This document shows, one piece after another, positions 37,203 through 51,654 of a stretch of DNA of 64,000 bases. The notes under the pieces were generated by a model. The model was not told the origin of the DNA and did no database searches. It worked only from the letters and a program-made list of their open reading frames with translations. The stretch's first letter is position 1. The number at the start of each line of letters is the position of its first letter. The position numbers and the translations under genes are program-made. Origin of the DNA: Octopus bimaculoides (taxonomy: Eukaryota); NCBI RefSeq assembly GCF_001194135.2, contig NC_069001.1, positions 31,099,461 through 31,163,460 on the forward strand, read 5' to 3'.

Positions 37203-39199
37203 NNNNNNNNNNNNNNNNNNNNNNNNNNNNNNNNNNNNNNNNNNNNNNNNNNNNNNNNNNNNNNNNNNNNNNNNNNNNNNNNNNNNNNNNNNNNNNNNNN
37301 NNNNNNNNNNNNNNNNNNNNNNNNNNNNNNNNNNNNNNNNNNNNNNNNNNNNNNNNNNNNNNNNNNNNNNNNNNNNNNNNNNNNNNNNNNNNNNNNNNNN
37401 NNNNNNNNNNNNNNNNNNNNNNNNNNNNNNNNNNNNNNNNNNNNNNNNNNNNNNNNNNNNNNNNNNNNNNNNNNNNNNNNNNNNNNNNNNNNNNNNNNNN
37501 NNNNNNNNNNNNNNNNNNNNNNNNNNNNNNNNNNNNNNNNNNNNNNNNNNNNNNNNNNNNNNNNNNNNNNNNNNNNNNNNNNNNNNNNNNNNNNNNNNNN
37601 NNNNNNNNNNNNNNNNNNNNNNNNNNNNNNNNNNNNNNNNNNNNNNNNNNNNNNNNNNNNNNNNNNNNNNNNNNNNNNNNNNNNNNNNNNNNNNNNNNNN
37701 NNNNNNNNNNNNNNNNNNNNNNNNNNNNNNNNNNNNNNNNNNNNNNNNNNNNNNNNNNNNNNNNNNNNNNNNNNNNNNNNNNNNNNNNNNNNNNNNNNNN
37801 NNNNNNNNNNNNNNNNNNNNNNNNNNNNNNNNNNNNNNNNNNNNNNNNNNNNNNNNNNNNNNNNNNNNNNNNNNNNNNNNNNNNNNNNNNNNNNNNNNNN
37901 NNNNNNNNNNNNNNNNNNNNNNNNNNNNNNNNNNNNNNNNNNNNNNNNNNNNNNNNNNNNNNNNNNNNNNNNNNNNNNNNNNNNNNNNNNNNNNNNNNNN
38001 NNNNNNNNNNNNNNNNNNNNNNNNNNNNNNNNNNNNNNNNNNNNNNNNNNNNNNNNNNNNNNNNNNNNNNNNNNNNNNNNNNNNNTATATATATATATAT
38101 ACCCACATATATATACCCACATATATATACCCACACACATATAGATATATATATATATATATATATATGTACATGCAGATATATAAATACGCATATACAC
38201 ATAAGTAAATATACATATGTATATGCATATATATACATATTTACGTGTGTGCATATACATATACGCATACACAAATTATTCATACGTTCACATAAATACT
38301 AATATATATACATTCATATACATACGCATATATATATATGTATATACATATATACACGTATATACATGTGTGTGTAATTATATATATATATATATATAAA
38401 CTTATGTATCTATGCGTACATATGTTTACGCAAATACAAAGACTCACAGAGGCATATTTTCATATACATACGTATATATTCATGTACATATATATATATA
38501 TAAATGTATATATGTACTCATTTTTACATATGTATATATATATATATGTGTATGTAAAATATATATATATAAATATATATACACACACATACATATGTGT
38601 TTGTGTCTGTGTGCGTACGTATATCTCTAAGTATGTATTCTCATTTCGTTTTTGTCGTTTTTGTTTTTTCTTTTAGCTCATTAAGTAAGTAAATTTGACC
38701 CATGGGTGGCTGTTTACTAAAATAATCATTGGTTATTGACCCTAATCACCCTTGTTGAACATATTGATCACATTCAAACTATTAAAAGCATTTTGTCCAC
38801 AAGTTTTGATTTCCCCCACCTTCACCTCTTTTTAATTTTATATATGTGTTGCGTGCTTGTTTGTTTGTTTTTTGTTTTTTTTTTCTTTTTCATCACTGTT
38901 ATTTCTGCTTTTACACCATTAATTATTGTCGAAAACCGCTTGTTGACAGACACAAAGCAAATTACCTCCCTTCCCTTCAACAGTTCTTGCTACTACAGCA
39001 ACCCGCATATTTCCCCAATGAGCGACGCTTCATGTCCACGTAAGGTCGCTTATGTCAAGAACACCGGAGAATTATGTGGTAAACCTGTCATGGGTCAAAG
39101 ATTTTAAGAAGGTCCTGGGGTGGAAAGAAACCACTTTTATATTGAATTACCTTTTCTTATAAATCTTTCTAATTCTTTTATGGTGCTCTGTTATTGTTG

Positions 39200-39525
39200 C
39201 CGTTGTTCTGTTCTGGGGCAGCACCTTTAAGAATTCTTTACTCGAACGAATCGCCCCCAAAAAGTTTTTTTTTAAGCCTGGAACTTATTCAATCGGCCCT
39301 TTTTTTTTTTTGCTGAAACACAAAGTTAAGGAGACGTAAACACACCAACACCCAACACCGGTTATCAAGATGTAACTTTGCGGTTCGGCAAAGATCACCG
39401 CTAAAATAAATACCAGACTTGAAATAAAAACTTAAGTACTTGGGCCCATTTGTTTGACTAAAACTCTTCCGAGAGTTGCCCCAGCATGGCCGCAGGTCAA
39501 CGACTGAAAGAAAACACAAAAGACA
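39200..39525. mobile_element. Two degenerate SINE-C fragments in opposite orientation
   Basis: 39200-39290 on the minus strand (ctggggcagcaccttt...gaatcgcccc); 39350-39525 on the plus strand (gcggttcggcaaag...ccccagcatggccgcag). Confidence 0.55.
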
Positions 39526-40472
39526 AAACATAAAAATTGCAATATTTTTTAAAACATTTTAGTGATTTTNNNNNNNNNNNNNNNNNNNNNNNNNNNNNNN
39601 NNNNNNNNNNNNNNNNNNNNNNNNNNNNNNNNNNNNNNNNNNNNNNNNNNNNNNNNNNNNNNNNNNNNNNNNNNNNNNNNNNNNNNNNNNNNNNNNNNNN
39701 NNNNNNNNNNNNNNNNNNNNNNNNNNNNNNNNNNNNNNNNNNNNNNNNNNNNNNNNNNNNNNNNNNNNNNNNNNNNNNNNNNNNNNNNNNNNNNNNNNNN
39801 NNNNNNNNNNNNNNNNNNNNNNNNNNNNNNNNNNNNNNNNNNNNNNNNNNNNNNNNNNNNNNNNNNNNNNNNNNNNNNNNNNNNNNNNNNNNNNNNNNNN
39901 NNNNNNNNNNNNNNNNNNNNNNNNNNNNNNNNNNNNNNNNNNNNNNNNNNNNNNNNNNNNNNNNNNNNNNNNNNNNNNNNNNNNNNNNNNNNNNNNNNNN
40001 NNNNNNNNNNNNNNNNNNNNNNNNNNNNNNNNNNNNNNNNNNNNNNNNNNNNNNNNNNNNNNNNNNNNNNNNNNNNNNNNNNNNNNNNNNNNNNNNNNNN
40101 NNNNNNNNNNNNNNNNNNNNNNNNNNNNNNNNNNNNNNNNNNNNNNNNNNNNNNNNNNNNNNNNNNNNNNNNNNNNNNNNNNNNNNNNNNNNNNNNNNNN
40201 NNNNNNNNNNNNNNNNNNNNNNNNNNNNNNNNNNNNNNNNNNNNNNNNNNNNNNNNNNNNNNNNNNNNNNNNNNNNNNNNNNNNNNNNNNNNNNNNNNNN
40301 NNNNNNNNNNNNNNNNNNNNNNNNNNNNNNNNNNNNNNNNNNNNNNNNNNNNNNNNNNNNNNNNNNNNNNNNNNNNNNNNNNNNNNNNNNNNNNNNNNNN
40401 NNNNNNNNNNNNNNNNNNNNNNNNNNNNNNNNNNNNNNNNNNNNNNNNACTCTGAACAATGTTTCAAACTAC

Positions 40473-40845
40473 AACAACAGCACTCAGAGAGCGCAAACTT
40501 CCGCCAAGGCAACACCAGCGCCCTCTCAACGATTAGCCAGAGATGACTTTTAAAATGAGAATCTCTGAAATAAATTCGACTACTGTCACAAACAAGAATA
40601 CTCAACTGCTCTCAAAAATTAAGTAAAAAAAAAAACAAAAAAAAAAAACAGGAAAATAATCTAGAGTCCTTGTCCCGCACCGGATCGATCTCAAAATCTA
40701 ACCAATTCGTGCCAGTCACAAGGCCAAACATCCCTGAAAGTTTCAGCCGAATACATCCAGCGGTTCTTGAGATATTTTGTCCACGAAGAAAGTACAAACA
40801 CGACTGAAAACAATACCTCCGCCTTCGCTAAGGCGGAGGTAATAA
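40473..40845 (+). mobile_element. Non-autonomous Helentron-type element (HINE/DINE-1-like)
   Basis: 5' aacagcactcagagagcgcaaacttccgccaagg carries a subterminal repeat inverted relative to the 3' ggcggaggt; perfect 12-bp terminal hairpin tacctccgcctt-cgct-aaggcggaggta (40814-40841); A-rich flanks (TT on the other strand). Confidence 0.7.
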
Positions 40846-41144
40846 TACAACAAAATTTGAGAAATAGCCTGAAGGATATGGCCGTACAAATTCTGTTCAT
40901 TGTGACCAGGCACCCTCCAGTCAACCACGTTCAGCATTATATTCGATAGGATAGTATATAAAATTTAACCTAATTAAAATATGAAACCAATGATTTGTAG
41001 TATTGAAATCCAAAAATCCTAATGTTAGTATCTTAAACCACCCCACATAGCCTAATTTACCCTCTATAAATACGTTTAGCATAGCTAAAATATCTTTATT
41101 TCCCCTTCAGTCCGCCAAAAGGAAAGCAAGGCGATGTACTGGCA

Positions 41145-41552
41145 AAAATGTTAGGACGTCGGACAAAAGGGCCCACTTTGCCTTCATCTTTTCGAGGTCG
41201 ATGGTATAAGCACCAGTCGAGCACTGGAGTCGATGTAATCAACTAGCTTCCTCCCCTCCACACCAAAAAAGGACTATTTTTCCCTCAAAAGAAGGCAACA
41301 AGATGGCTGAATCATTAGCACGTCAGACAAAAACTCTCAGCGGCATTTCGTTCGTCTTTTTGAGTTCAAATTCTGTCCAGGTCGACCTTGCCTTTCATCC
41401 TTTGATGAACCAAATTTATCCAGAAGTGCACTTGTCGGCTCCAGGATACTACTGTAGAAGATACTTACCCAAGGCACCACGCTGTGAAACGAAAGCCGGA
41501 ATCATGTGGTTGGAAAACATGCTTCTTACCAAACGACCAGGCCTGCGCCTAT
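41145..41552. mobile_element. Two partial SINE-A copies (+, 41145-41260 and 41295-41410) joined to a SINE-B module (-, 41420-41552)
   Basis: ttttcgaggtcgat...gagcactggagtcgatgtaatcaact; gagttcaaattct...gtcgaccttgcctttcatcc; agatacttacccaaggcaccacgc...atgtggttggaaaacatgcttcttacc. Confidence 0.75.
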
Positions 41553-42399
41553 AGCCACGATTTTTCTTGTTGTTTGGTTACTCATGAACCCCTACCAATG
41601 GCTGAAAGGCAAGTTTTTAAACACTGAGCTACGACTGAAAATAATTAAATACGTATCTTATAAATTATGCGCTCCTGTATACGTAAATTTGATATTACTA
41701 GCGACAAAGATTTTTACTTTGGAAAATATTCAAATATTTCTGACAAGAATTAAATTATAAATTCTCTATTGAATGGCGATCCATTTAACATTTTGTTTTT
41801 CATAATTTTAACCATAGAGGTCAAAGTAAAGAAACTGTAAACCAAATTTATTAATCGAATTTGGTCTTTGATATTCAAAATATCATTCGTAATTTTTTTT
41901 TTTTAACATCAACAAAAAGAGCTTTTATAAATTTATATAATTGTTCTGTTGAAAACAAAATGCTTCTCGTTAATAGGTTCATAGAAATTGTCTAAATGTT
42001 ATTAAAAATTTATAAATTTGTCTGCTTCCTTTATAATAAATATACGTTTTATACTAAATAAAACAGCAATAAAAACAAAATTGTAAAAATATAATTAAAA
42101 AGCATTATCGTAAATAATATATAAAAAACAAACATTTTACATTAATATACTTTAATACAAAATAATCAAAATAATTAGAAAACAATCTCCTCATTCATCC
42201 ATGGCATATAATATATAAGTTTTAGTAAATATATATTTACTTAACTTTACTTACAAAGTTTTATTTATTACAAATATATTTACTTTTATTTGCAAAGCTT
42301 TCTCCATAATGATTTCTTATATAAGTAACAGAGGTATCAGATAAGGTGGTGAGGAGGTCATTATAAAGACACTTTGCAGTTTAATGTATATAACTTTTA

Positions 42400-42960
42400 T
42401 TTACATAAAGATTGAATCACAAGTGAATTACAAGGAAACGAAAGGGAAAGGGATTAAGCAGGAGAAGATGGTGGGGAAGGGAGTAATGAATGGTATGTAT
42501 TGGACATGGCATGATGGCATTGACGTGGACAATGCCCAGTGACGCTAACTGCAGCAGCCATCCCATCTTGCAGGACTTATTTTTCGGAAGGGCTGTGGTT
42601 ATCTCGATTGTGTGGAGGAAATCAGCAGGGCAGGGGCCGGAGCCACCTGAGATCTCGACGGCCACGGACACAAATTGTTAGCGATCAGTCAAACTCCTAT
42701 ATTTCCTTATTTTTCTCTTCACTGCGCAACGGGCTTGCGACCGATGCTGCAAGGTTCGAACAGGGGAACGTGTCACTATATATCTTTTCCCAGATTAGGG
42801 ATCTGTCTCCCACGTATAGGAATTTGTACAGAGGTTCACATAAAAGATCAGGAGAAAGGGGAAACAAGGTCAAATGAGATAAGTGTTTACATAGTATACA
42901 AAGTATGTGAAGATATACGATTAAATGATGCTGCCTCCTTAATACAGGAGAACCTCTAAT
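42400..42960. other. GC-richer unclassified segment, possibly a retroelement fragment
   Basis: Abrupt compositional shift from very AT-rich flanks. The minus strand ends in a pyrimidine-rich stretch plus AATAAA near 42396, like a retroelement 3' end. No motif recognised. Confidence 0.3.
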
Positions 42961-42989
42961 TAGAACCAATCAAGGAATACCACAGACTT

Positions 42990-43246
42990 AAGGTAAAGTT
43001 ACCTTCTTGAGTCATGTCGGCTCATAAGGGTCGGTTTTCCGGTTTCCAAGACGTATAAATTCCCTACCTGAACCGGATGCCGATCCGTCACAGGATTACT
43101 CATTTTTTGCCATCTGAGTGGACTGGATCCACGTGAAATGAAGTGTTTTGCTCAAGAACATAATGCATCACCCAGTCCAGGAATCGAAGCCACAATCTTT
43201 CGTTCATGAGTCCAACACCCTAACTACTGGGCCACGCGCCTCCACA
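42990..43246 (-). mobile_element. SINE family D, full length
   Basis: Reverse complement: gtggaggcgcgtggcccagtagttagggtgttggactc...ttcgattcctgg (A/B boxes)...ttcttgagcaaaacacttcatttcacg...ccttatgagccgacatgactcaagaaggtaactttacctt. Confidence 0.85.
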
Positions 43247-44136
43247 TCCCAGAGATCTAGGATCACCCTGACAACCAAAGGCACGAGCCATTGCCTAACA
43301 GTTTTCCAATTTACAAGCGCGTGCTTCGAATCACTTCGTTCATCCCAACCAGGTTTGCTACAATCAGTTGTCGCACAAACATTCGACCAACTTTTGCTTC
43401 ATAATTTTTCGTAATTTGCACTTGACCAACTTTCACGCGGTTCTCAGTATAACCCTCATTTGGGTTTTTAAATAACATGTAACTTTTCTAATTGATATTC
43501 TAAAATAACAGAGATCTGGTGATTTAAAGACTATAATAGGCGTTACACACATACCGACTTGATCACGTTTCGCCCCATAAGTTTTATTCCACAGTAAGAA
43601 TCTTGAGGCAGTTTTCAGTATCAGATTTCATTCATTTAGATCTTTTCAGAATACTTAGCTGTACAAACTCATTTCCAAAATTAATCGAGATATTTTCATT
43701 TAAATACGATATCAAGTGTTGCTTCCTCTAAGATTTGATCATTTTCTCTCAATAAGTTTTTGTCTTTTTATTTGTCTTTGTTTTCTTTACAGCATTAGTC
43801 TAGAGGCAGTTTTCCCTTTTAGATTTCTCTCGATGTTTTAAGAATGCTTCATTCTACTAAATTGTCTTGTAAAGTAACAGGAATATAGTAACTCAAAGGC
43901 AATATAAAGTGTTGCTACCTTTCTCATTTTATCACTTCTTACCTTATGACCTTATCGACTAATGAAATGAGTCTAATACTGGAGCATATCAACCCTCGAT
44001 GGAAAAAGTGGGTTTTGCGAATGCGTGGGACTCAAAAGCACACTTCTAGAGGGGAACCGAATCCTACGCTCATATGATTCAGTAATAAGTCCATTTTCTT
44101 TAGTCAATACACGGTGATTGCTTATGAGCTTTAAGC

Positions 44137-44182
<46 letters not shown>

Positions 44183-44193
44183 GTAAACACACG

Positions 44194-44232
<39 letters not shown>

Positions 44233-44370
44233 ATATATGTGTGTGTATATATATGTATGTATATATATACACACATATACAAACACGTATATGCATGTAT
44301 ATAACTCCGGCTTTCTCTCTCAGTTAATCTCCCTTTATTTACATTCTCTTAATGTGTATTTGTGTCGGTG

Positions 44371-44417
<47 letters not shown>

Positions 44418-45671
44418 CATATTCTCTTTCACTTTCACAACCCTTTCTTTTTCTCTCTCCTTTCTCATATATATATATGTTTTTCTTATATCCACATGTG
44501 TGTGTGCGTGCGCGCGTGTATTTCACTCAATCTCTCTTGTTCTTGGACTTCACTCCTTATTATACACGATGACAAGCTTTCATCGACCAACACAAGAAAA
44601 CAGTTCTGCTTTTATGATATTACCTTTGCTAGACTCACATTAACAGAACGCATGCAGAGATCTTATAGGAAACACTGAAATACCTTAACAGAAGGTTCTG
44701 CATACTAAATACTACTATATTGTGTATTGATCCATCTCGGTCATGCCAACTGTGCAGAATATCCTTTGCTGAGCAGGCATAATATGATTTTAAACACCCC
44801 CTAAAGGGATATTTTGTCTACTAATTGCATAGATAATCCCAGCTAGTCGAACGTTTTCAACTCACTGTATTATCCATGTGTGAAACCCTATGGTATTGGA
44901 ATATATTCAAAACGTAGCATAATGTATATTATGTTTTGGTGGTGAATCACACCAGTGTGAATGACGTGCTTTCACTCAAACTTCGGTGATCGATATAATA
45001 CTCTACCAAAAGGAAACACCTGCACCCTTCTTAAAATGTGTTTCATTGACCCGATGTGAAGAAAAGATATTCTTTTATTATTGTTCTCAAGTAGACTTAT
45101 TTTATTGCGTGCTTACGCAGCACTATCGAACGATGTTTCGATATGTGCAGCGTTTTCTTGTCGGTTTTAACTGTTTGAATTCTACTGAAGGTGTTTAATC
45201 AGAAGAAAAATTTGATGTGTCAGTCATGGTCGTAAAAGCAAACTGCTTAGACAAACAGCATAGACAAAGTACATGTAACTTCGAGTTAGAAAATGATGTA
45301 TGCGAGAATACGAACTCCCATATTAAATATTTACTCTCCTTTGTTATCGTGTTCTTTTATAACTTCGTCATAGTATCCCTTACAAATACATTAATATTGT
45401 ATTTTCTTTATCCTTTCCTACTTATGGGTCAATCAACTAAGCAGCTAACTAATAATAGGAGATTGAAGTTGAACCACTGCGTGTGTTTATTATTGCCAAG
45501 GTGACCCTCTCAACATACAGCAAATTTTGTTTCAGCAACTGATTTCACATCAAGAATCTTGCAAACCATTTGCAAAACCGAGATATACATAGATAAATAT
45601 ACACAAATACATATATCTATATGTATATATTATGTATAGATCATGTATATATGTACGAATGCATGTATGTG

Positions 45672-45729
<58 letters not shown>

Positions 45730-46286
45730 GTTAATGTCGAGCTATGAAAATGAGTCCTCAACACTGCATTGTTGGATAGAACTTCTTTATTTGTTTATTA
45801 AGGCTGCCATTGGCTCCATATGTATAAATATATGATTAACATATATATATGTAAATAAATTTCTATGTGTGCGTGTGTATATATACAGATATATGTATGT
45901 ATATATTTATGCATGAATATATGCCTGCGTATGTATAAGTATCGGCGGGAATTATTTGCGTTTGTTAGGACCGCGATTATTTTCTTTGATTTCAAATTTT
46001 CCCTCTTTCTTTCGGCCAGTTTCCACAGCTATTATCTGCAAACCATTATGGTATCATTATCATCATAATATCCTTATTATTATTATATGATTTTAAAATC
46101 AACGATATAACTTTCATCCATAAACTGTTATGCTTAACCAATGTTAGATTTACCAGTGAAGTTGTCTTACTGCAGACTTTTTATTGCTATTTAAGGAACC
46201 ATTTATGCTTATGCATATATTGAACTACATCTTAGAACATATTGTAAGTTATCTTCTATAAATATATAAAAAATATACAAACACAC

Positions 46287-46394
<108 letters not shown>

Positions 46395-46642
46395 AGAGAG
46401 AGAGACCTACATAATATATATATGCATAGGTATGCATATATTGGTATATATATATATGTGTGTGTATTCGTATATATATATATATATGGAGAGATATAGA
46501 TATAAACTTATGAATATCCAATATATATATGTATATATACACACACACGTACATACACACATACATAAGTCCATATACATTGATGAATATATATTGAGAT
46601 AGACAAATAGATAGGTAAGTAGGTAGAAAGATTTATGGATAG

Positions 46643-46673
<31 letters not shown>

Positions 46674-47120
46674 GATACGTACATACATGCACGCATACAC
46701 AGATACATACATACATGTTGTTTACAAGTTTTGATGCTTTGTTTAGAGTTGGTCTCTTACAATGTTTGCTTTTCTTGTTTTTTCATAGATTTATTTTATT
46801 TATTGTTTTCTGTCTTCTTTCGTTTAATGCCATATCATAAAGAGATTTATGATAGAGTAGTTTGATCTCTAGTGTATATGTGTGTGTGTGTGTGTGTTTA
46901 CATGTGTAAGTTTATGCATGTATGTATTTGTGTGTGTGTGAATATGTGCACATGTATATATATATATATATATATACACGAATAGACATATATATATATG
47001 TACATACAATTACACCTTTATTTTACTGTGTACATATACATATTCTTTGTGTTTATAGATATATAGGGAGATACATACATTATTTTGTGCGTACTCGTGT
47101 ATATGCGAATGTGTACATGT

Positions 47121-47181
<61 letters not shown>

Positions 47182-47209
47182 GAGGAAGAGATGCGGGGAG
47201 AGAGAGTGA

Positions 47210-47253
<44 letters not shown>

Positions 47254-47636
47254 CATACTTATCCTTCTCTATACAGTCATGTAGATTGAAATGGAGAATC
47301 AAATTCTCCGCCATGTGTATGTATATGTTCATTTCTCTTTTTTATGTTTTTGGAGGGTTCACTAAATATGAATCTTGGCATGGTTTCTCACATTCTGTCT
47401 ATCGCCATAGACCGAAACGCGCAGGCAGACACAAACGCATTTGTAAATGAAGTCACATACAGCGAACGAAACACAAACACACTCTAATACTAGAATATAT
47501 GTATAGTTGTGTATATAATAATTATTAGTTATTCTGGCATATCTACGTCTGCATGTGATTGTAGGGATCAGGTATGGCCTGAACCACTCCTATACACACA
47601 CACATTACCACGCATACATATGTGTATATATATATG

Positions 47637-48150
47637 TACGATGTGGTATCAAACTGTTCCCGAACTATTTTTGTAGCGCACGAACTGATGGTAGTACACC
47701 CTTGCATGCAGAGTGAGAGAGAGCTAGCAAGGATCTTCGTGAAGCAGTGTACCGAGTGACATCACTGTGTTTAATTCGAAACTTGTGAAATTTGTGTTTT
47801 TGTGATTACGTGTATGATGTTGTCTGCGATTTTGTTATGAACAGGAACAAAGAGCCATCGTGAAATTTTGCATTAAACTTGGGAAGTCTGCTACAGAGAC
47901 ATTGAGCATGCTTCAGCAAGCTTACGGTGATGAGGCAATTGGTCGTACAATGTTTCGAATGGCTCGGGCGCTTCAAAAGGCGAAGAACTTCTCCGGAAGA
48001 CGCTGAGTGATCTGGAAGACCTGCCATATGCCTGGAATGCGACATTGTGCATCAAGAATTCCTCCCTCGGGACCAGATCGTCAATCGAGAGTTCTACTAC
48101 GACGTTTTGAAGCGTCTGAGGGAGGACATTCGGCGAGGGCGACCGAATCT
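47637..48150 (+). mobile_element. Mariner transposon relic: left TIR region, HTH and a central fragment
   Basis: Starts TA-cgatgtggtatcaaactgttcc; EQRAIVKFCIKLGKSATETLSMLQQAYGDEA...CFEWLGRFKRRRTSPEDAE*SGRP; then IVHQEFLPRDQIVNREFYYDVLKRLREDIRRGRPNLW. Confidence 0.9.
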
Positions 48151-48215
48151 ATGGCGCAGGTCAAAGGTCGCCATTTTAACACCTGGAAAACGACTTCCAG
48201 GCCTGATTCCAAAAC

Positions 48216-48248
<33 letters not shown>

Positions 48249-49157
48249 NNNNNNNNNNNNNNNNNNNNNNNNNNNNNNNNNNNNNNNNNNNNNNNNNNNN
48301 NNNNNNNNNNNNNNNNNNNNNNNNNNNNNNNNNNNNNNNNNNNNNNNNNNNNNNNNNNNNNNNNNNNNNNNNNNNNNNNNNNNNNNNNNNNNNNNNNNNN
48401 NNNNNNNNNNNNNNNNNNNNNNNNNNNNNNNNNNNNNNNNNNNNNNNNNNNNNATATATATATATATATAGGAACATCGGTAGAGTTTTCGGCTACCAAA
48501 TTTAACTCAATGTCTATTGTTTAACCACCGCCTGTCGTTAAGATCAGTCCTAATGTGATATCCGTCCTGGGCAAACATGGTTGCGAAGCGAGCTACTTAA
48601 CCACAGATGCAAATAAGTATAAACGCATTTTGAGAAAAAATACGGTAGATACGTTGTTATTGCACAAATATAATTTTATAAGGACGCACTTCCCCATAAC
48701 TAATATTGGTTGGTTAAATAGGAAAAGAGTTGAAAAGAAGCCTGTACCCATATATGGACATAGATTTATTCATTCAATTCTGAATCAATTAAAGACATTC
48801 GTACATGCTTAAACACTCATGAACATATACAGTCACACATTCTCTCAAGCATGAGTTGTTATGTATGTGTAAATATATGAATATGTGTTCGTGTGAATGC
48901 GTGTAGATGCATGCGTAACAACAGATATACATAAGCATGTATATTCATATTCACATACCGAAACATAAGGATATACAAATGTGTATAAGTTTATACATTC
49001 GCAAGGAATTCACAACAGGATATATGCCTACATACGTATACGCAATTGTGTATGTGCATATAATTTAATGTTACATATATAATTAAATGGACAGATGAAG
49101 ATAGAGCAAATACACGTGTGTGTGTGTGTATATATATATATACATACATATACACAT

Positions 49158-49237
<80 letters not shown>

Positions 49238-49595
49238 ACAAAATGTTTTATACATATCCACATGTATATATATATGTATATATANNNNNNNNNNNNNNNN
49301 NNNNNNNNNNNNNNNNNNNNNNNNNNNNNNNNNNNNNNNNNNNNNNNNNNNNNNNNNNNNNNNNNNNNNNNNNNNNNNNNNNNNNNNNNNNNNNNNNNNN
49401 NNNNNNNNNNNNNNNNNNNNNNNNNNNNNNNNNNNNNNNNNNNNNNNNNNNNNNNNNNNNNNNNNNNNNNNNNNNNNNNNNNNNNNNNNNNNNNNNNNNN
49501 NNNNNNNNNNNNNNNNNNNNNNATATATAGCAAGAGTGACATATATATTCATATATCTATACAAATATATATGTATACATATAGAGAGAAACACA

Positions 49596-49637
<42 letters not shown>

Positions 49638-50414
49638 AGTATGTATGTATAAAACATGCAATTAAATAATTTACTTTGTTATGAATCCTGGCATTATTCA
49701 ATCAATTATGATTTCATTAAGCCATGCCTTCAGCTCAATATCTTAAATGAATACGATCATTTAGTTGGCCTTCGGATATTAATTACAACACACTATATAT
49801 ATGTGTGTGTGTCCATATTATATATACACGTGGAAAGCTAAAACCTCATAGTTATATATAAGCGTATGCAGCTACAGCCATACACAACACAATTTATATA
49901 GCTATACATGTATATATGTGTGAGTGTGTATATATCCTTGTATGTAGGTTTGTATATATATGTTTGTATATATATATATATATATATACATATATATATG
50001 TGTGTGTGTGTGTGCGTGTATGTGTTTTATGCTTATACACATATGTGTAAATGTTTCGAAATATATATGATTATGAATATATGAGTATCCATGATTATAT
50101 AGTTATCTTAGGTTTCTAAACAATCACAACACTAAATACTACAATTATTATTTGTTGCAATTAGATGGAATAAAGAATTGAAATTCCAGCCTTTATTAAC
50201 GATGAATAATCAGTAAATTTCAGGGAGAGAAAAAATATATACATATGAATAACCACAACGGCAGAAACAATAAGGATAAAAGAAACAACAACAATAATAC
50301 TAGCCCTTTAGTGATCCTAACTTCATTAACACATGTTATTCCGCTTCAATAATGACCCACCTAAATCAGGTATCATATTTCATGTATATACTCTTACAGT
50401 ATGTATGTATGTAT

Positions 50415-50453
<39 letters not shown>

Positions 50454-50465
50454 CAGATACAGATG

Positions 50466-50497
<32 letters not shown>

Positions 50498-50500
<3 letters not shown>

Positions 50501-50590
50501 CTGGCACTCCGTCGATTACGACGGTGAATGTCTCAGTTGAACCAGTGAACGGAACAACAGCCTGCGCCTGAAATTAAAGTGTGAGAATTT
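50498..50590 (-). mobile_element. SINE family E, 3' end
   Basis: tggcactccgtcgattacgacg...cagttga...tgaacggaacaacagcctgc is the reverse complement of 52260-52340. Confidence 0.75.
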
Positions 50591-51525
50591 TCAGGACCTT
50601 AATAAAGAGGAAGTTTGTCTTGCAGCTGTTTCTGGTATATTAGGGTATCCCTTCATCAAACACGATATGAGATGGTTAAATAGAGAGAAATAATAGAGCT
50701 CAATATAAGGAGTTATTTTGGAAAACGATGGAAATAAGTATAAAGTTTATGCATATATTTATATATATATTTATATATATATATATATATAAATATATTT
50801 ATATATATATATATATATATATAAGTTTGTGTATTCCAAAAGATATATATATATATGCATGTATGTGTATATGTATGTGTGTGTGTGTGCGTGAGCGAGT
50901 ATGGGTATATGTGTGTGCGCACGCCTGTGTAGGCGTTTGTAAGTAAACATCTTCTAATCGTTATCAATATGAGAAAGTAAGCAAAATCTAGTGTAAATAA
51001 GAAAGTAGAAAACTAAGAGCTCCATTATCAAATAGACTTAAATTAAATATATGTCCCACAAGTACGTTTAATGAATTTGTCCGCATCTCACCTCTTCTTA
51101 TCCTCTCACACTCACTCTATATTTCTCTCACTCTCTCTTATTTTTCCCTCATGTTCCGTCTGTATTCCCATACACGCCATTACGGCAAGTGTATCAATTT
51201 TTAAACACTGCGTACAGCGTCACACCGTCGAAAACAACATCAAACAAACGCCAAACATACTTGAAGTTAGACAGTTTTATATATCAATAATGATAGCTAA
51301 TATGTGCGAAGATTAATGCATATTTTAAATCAACGTACTTGCATACATACATAGACACATACACACACGTGTACATGTGTGTGTATGTGTGTGTGCATTT
51401 ATGTGTGAACGCGTGAAAGAAGAACAAAAAAGAAAGATACATATAAGTATGTACAAAATCACATACATATACACACATATGAATATATTTACATATCTAC
51501 GTGCATATAATAATGTGTGTTTGAT

Positions 51526-51592
<67 letters not shown>

Positions 51593-51654
51593 AGATTGCA
51601 GGAACTTCATAGTGACGGTTGAGGTAACAGTATTAATAAAATAGATGGAAAGAA

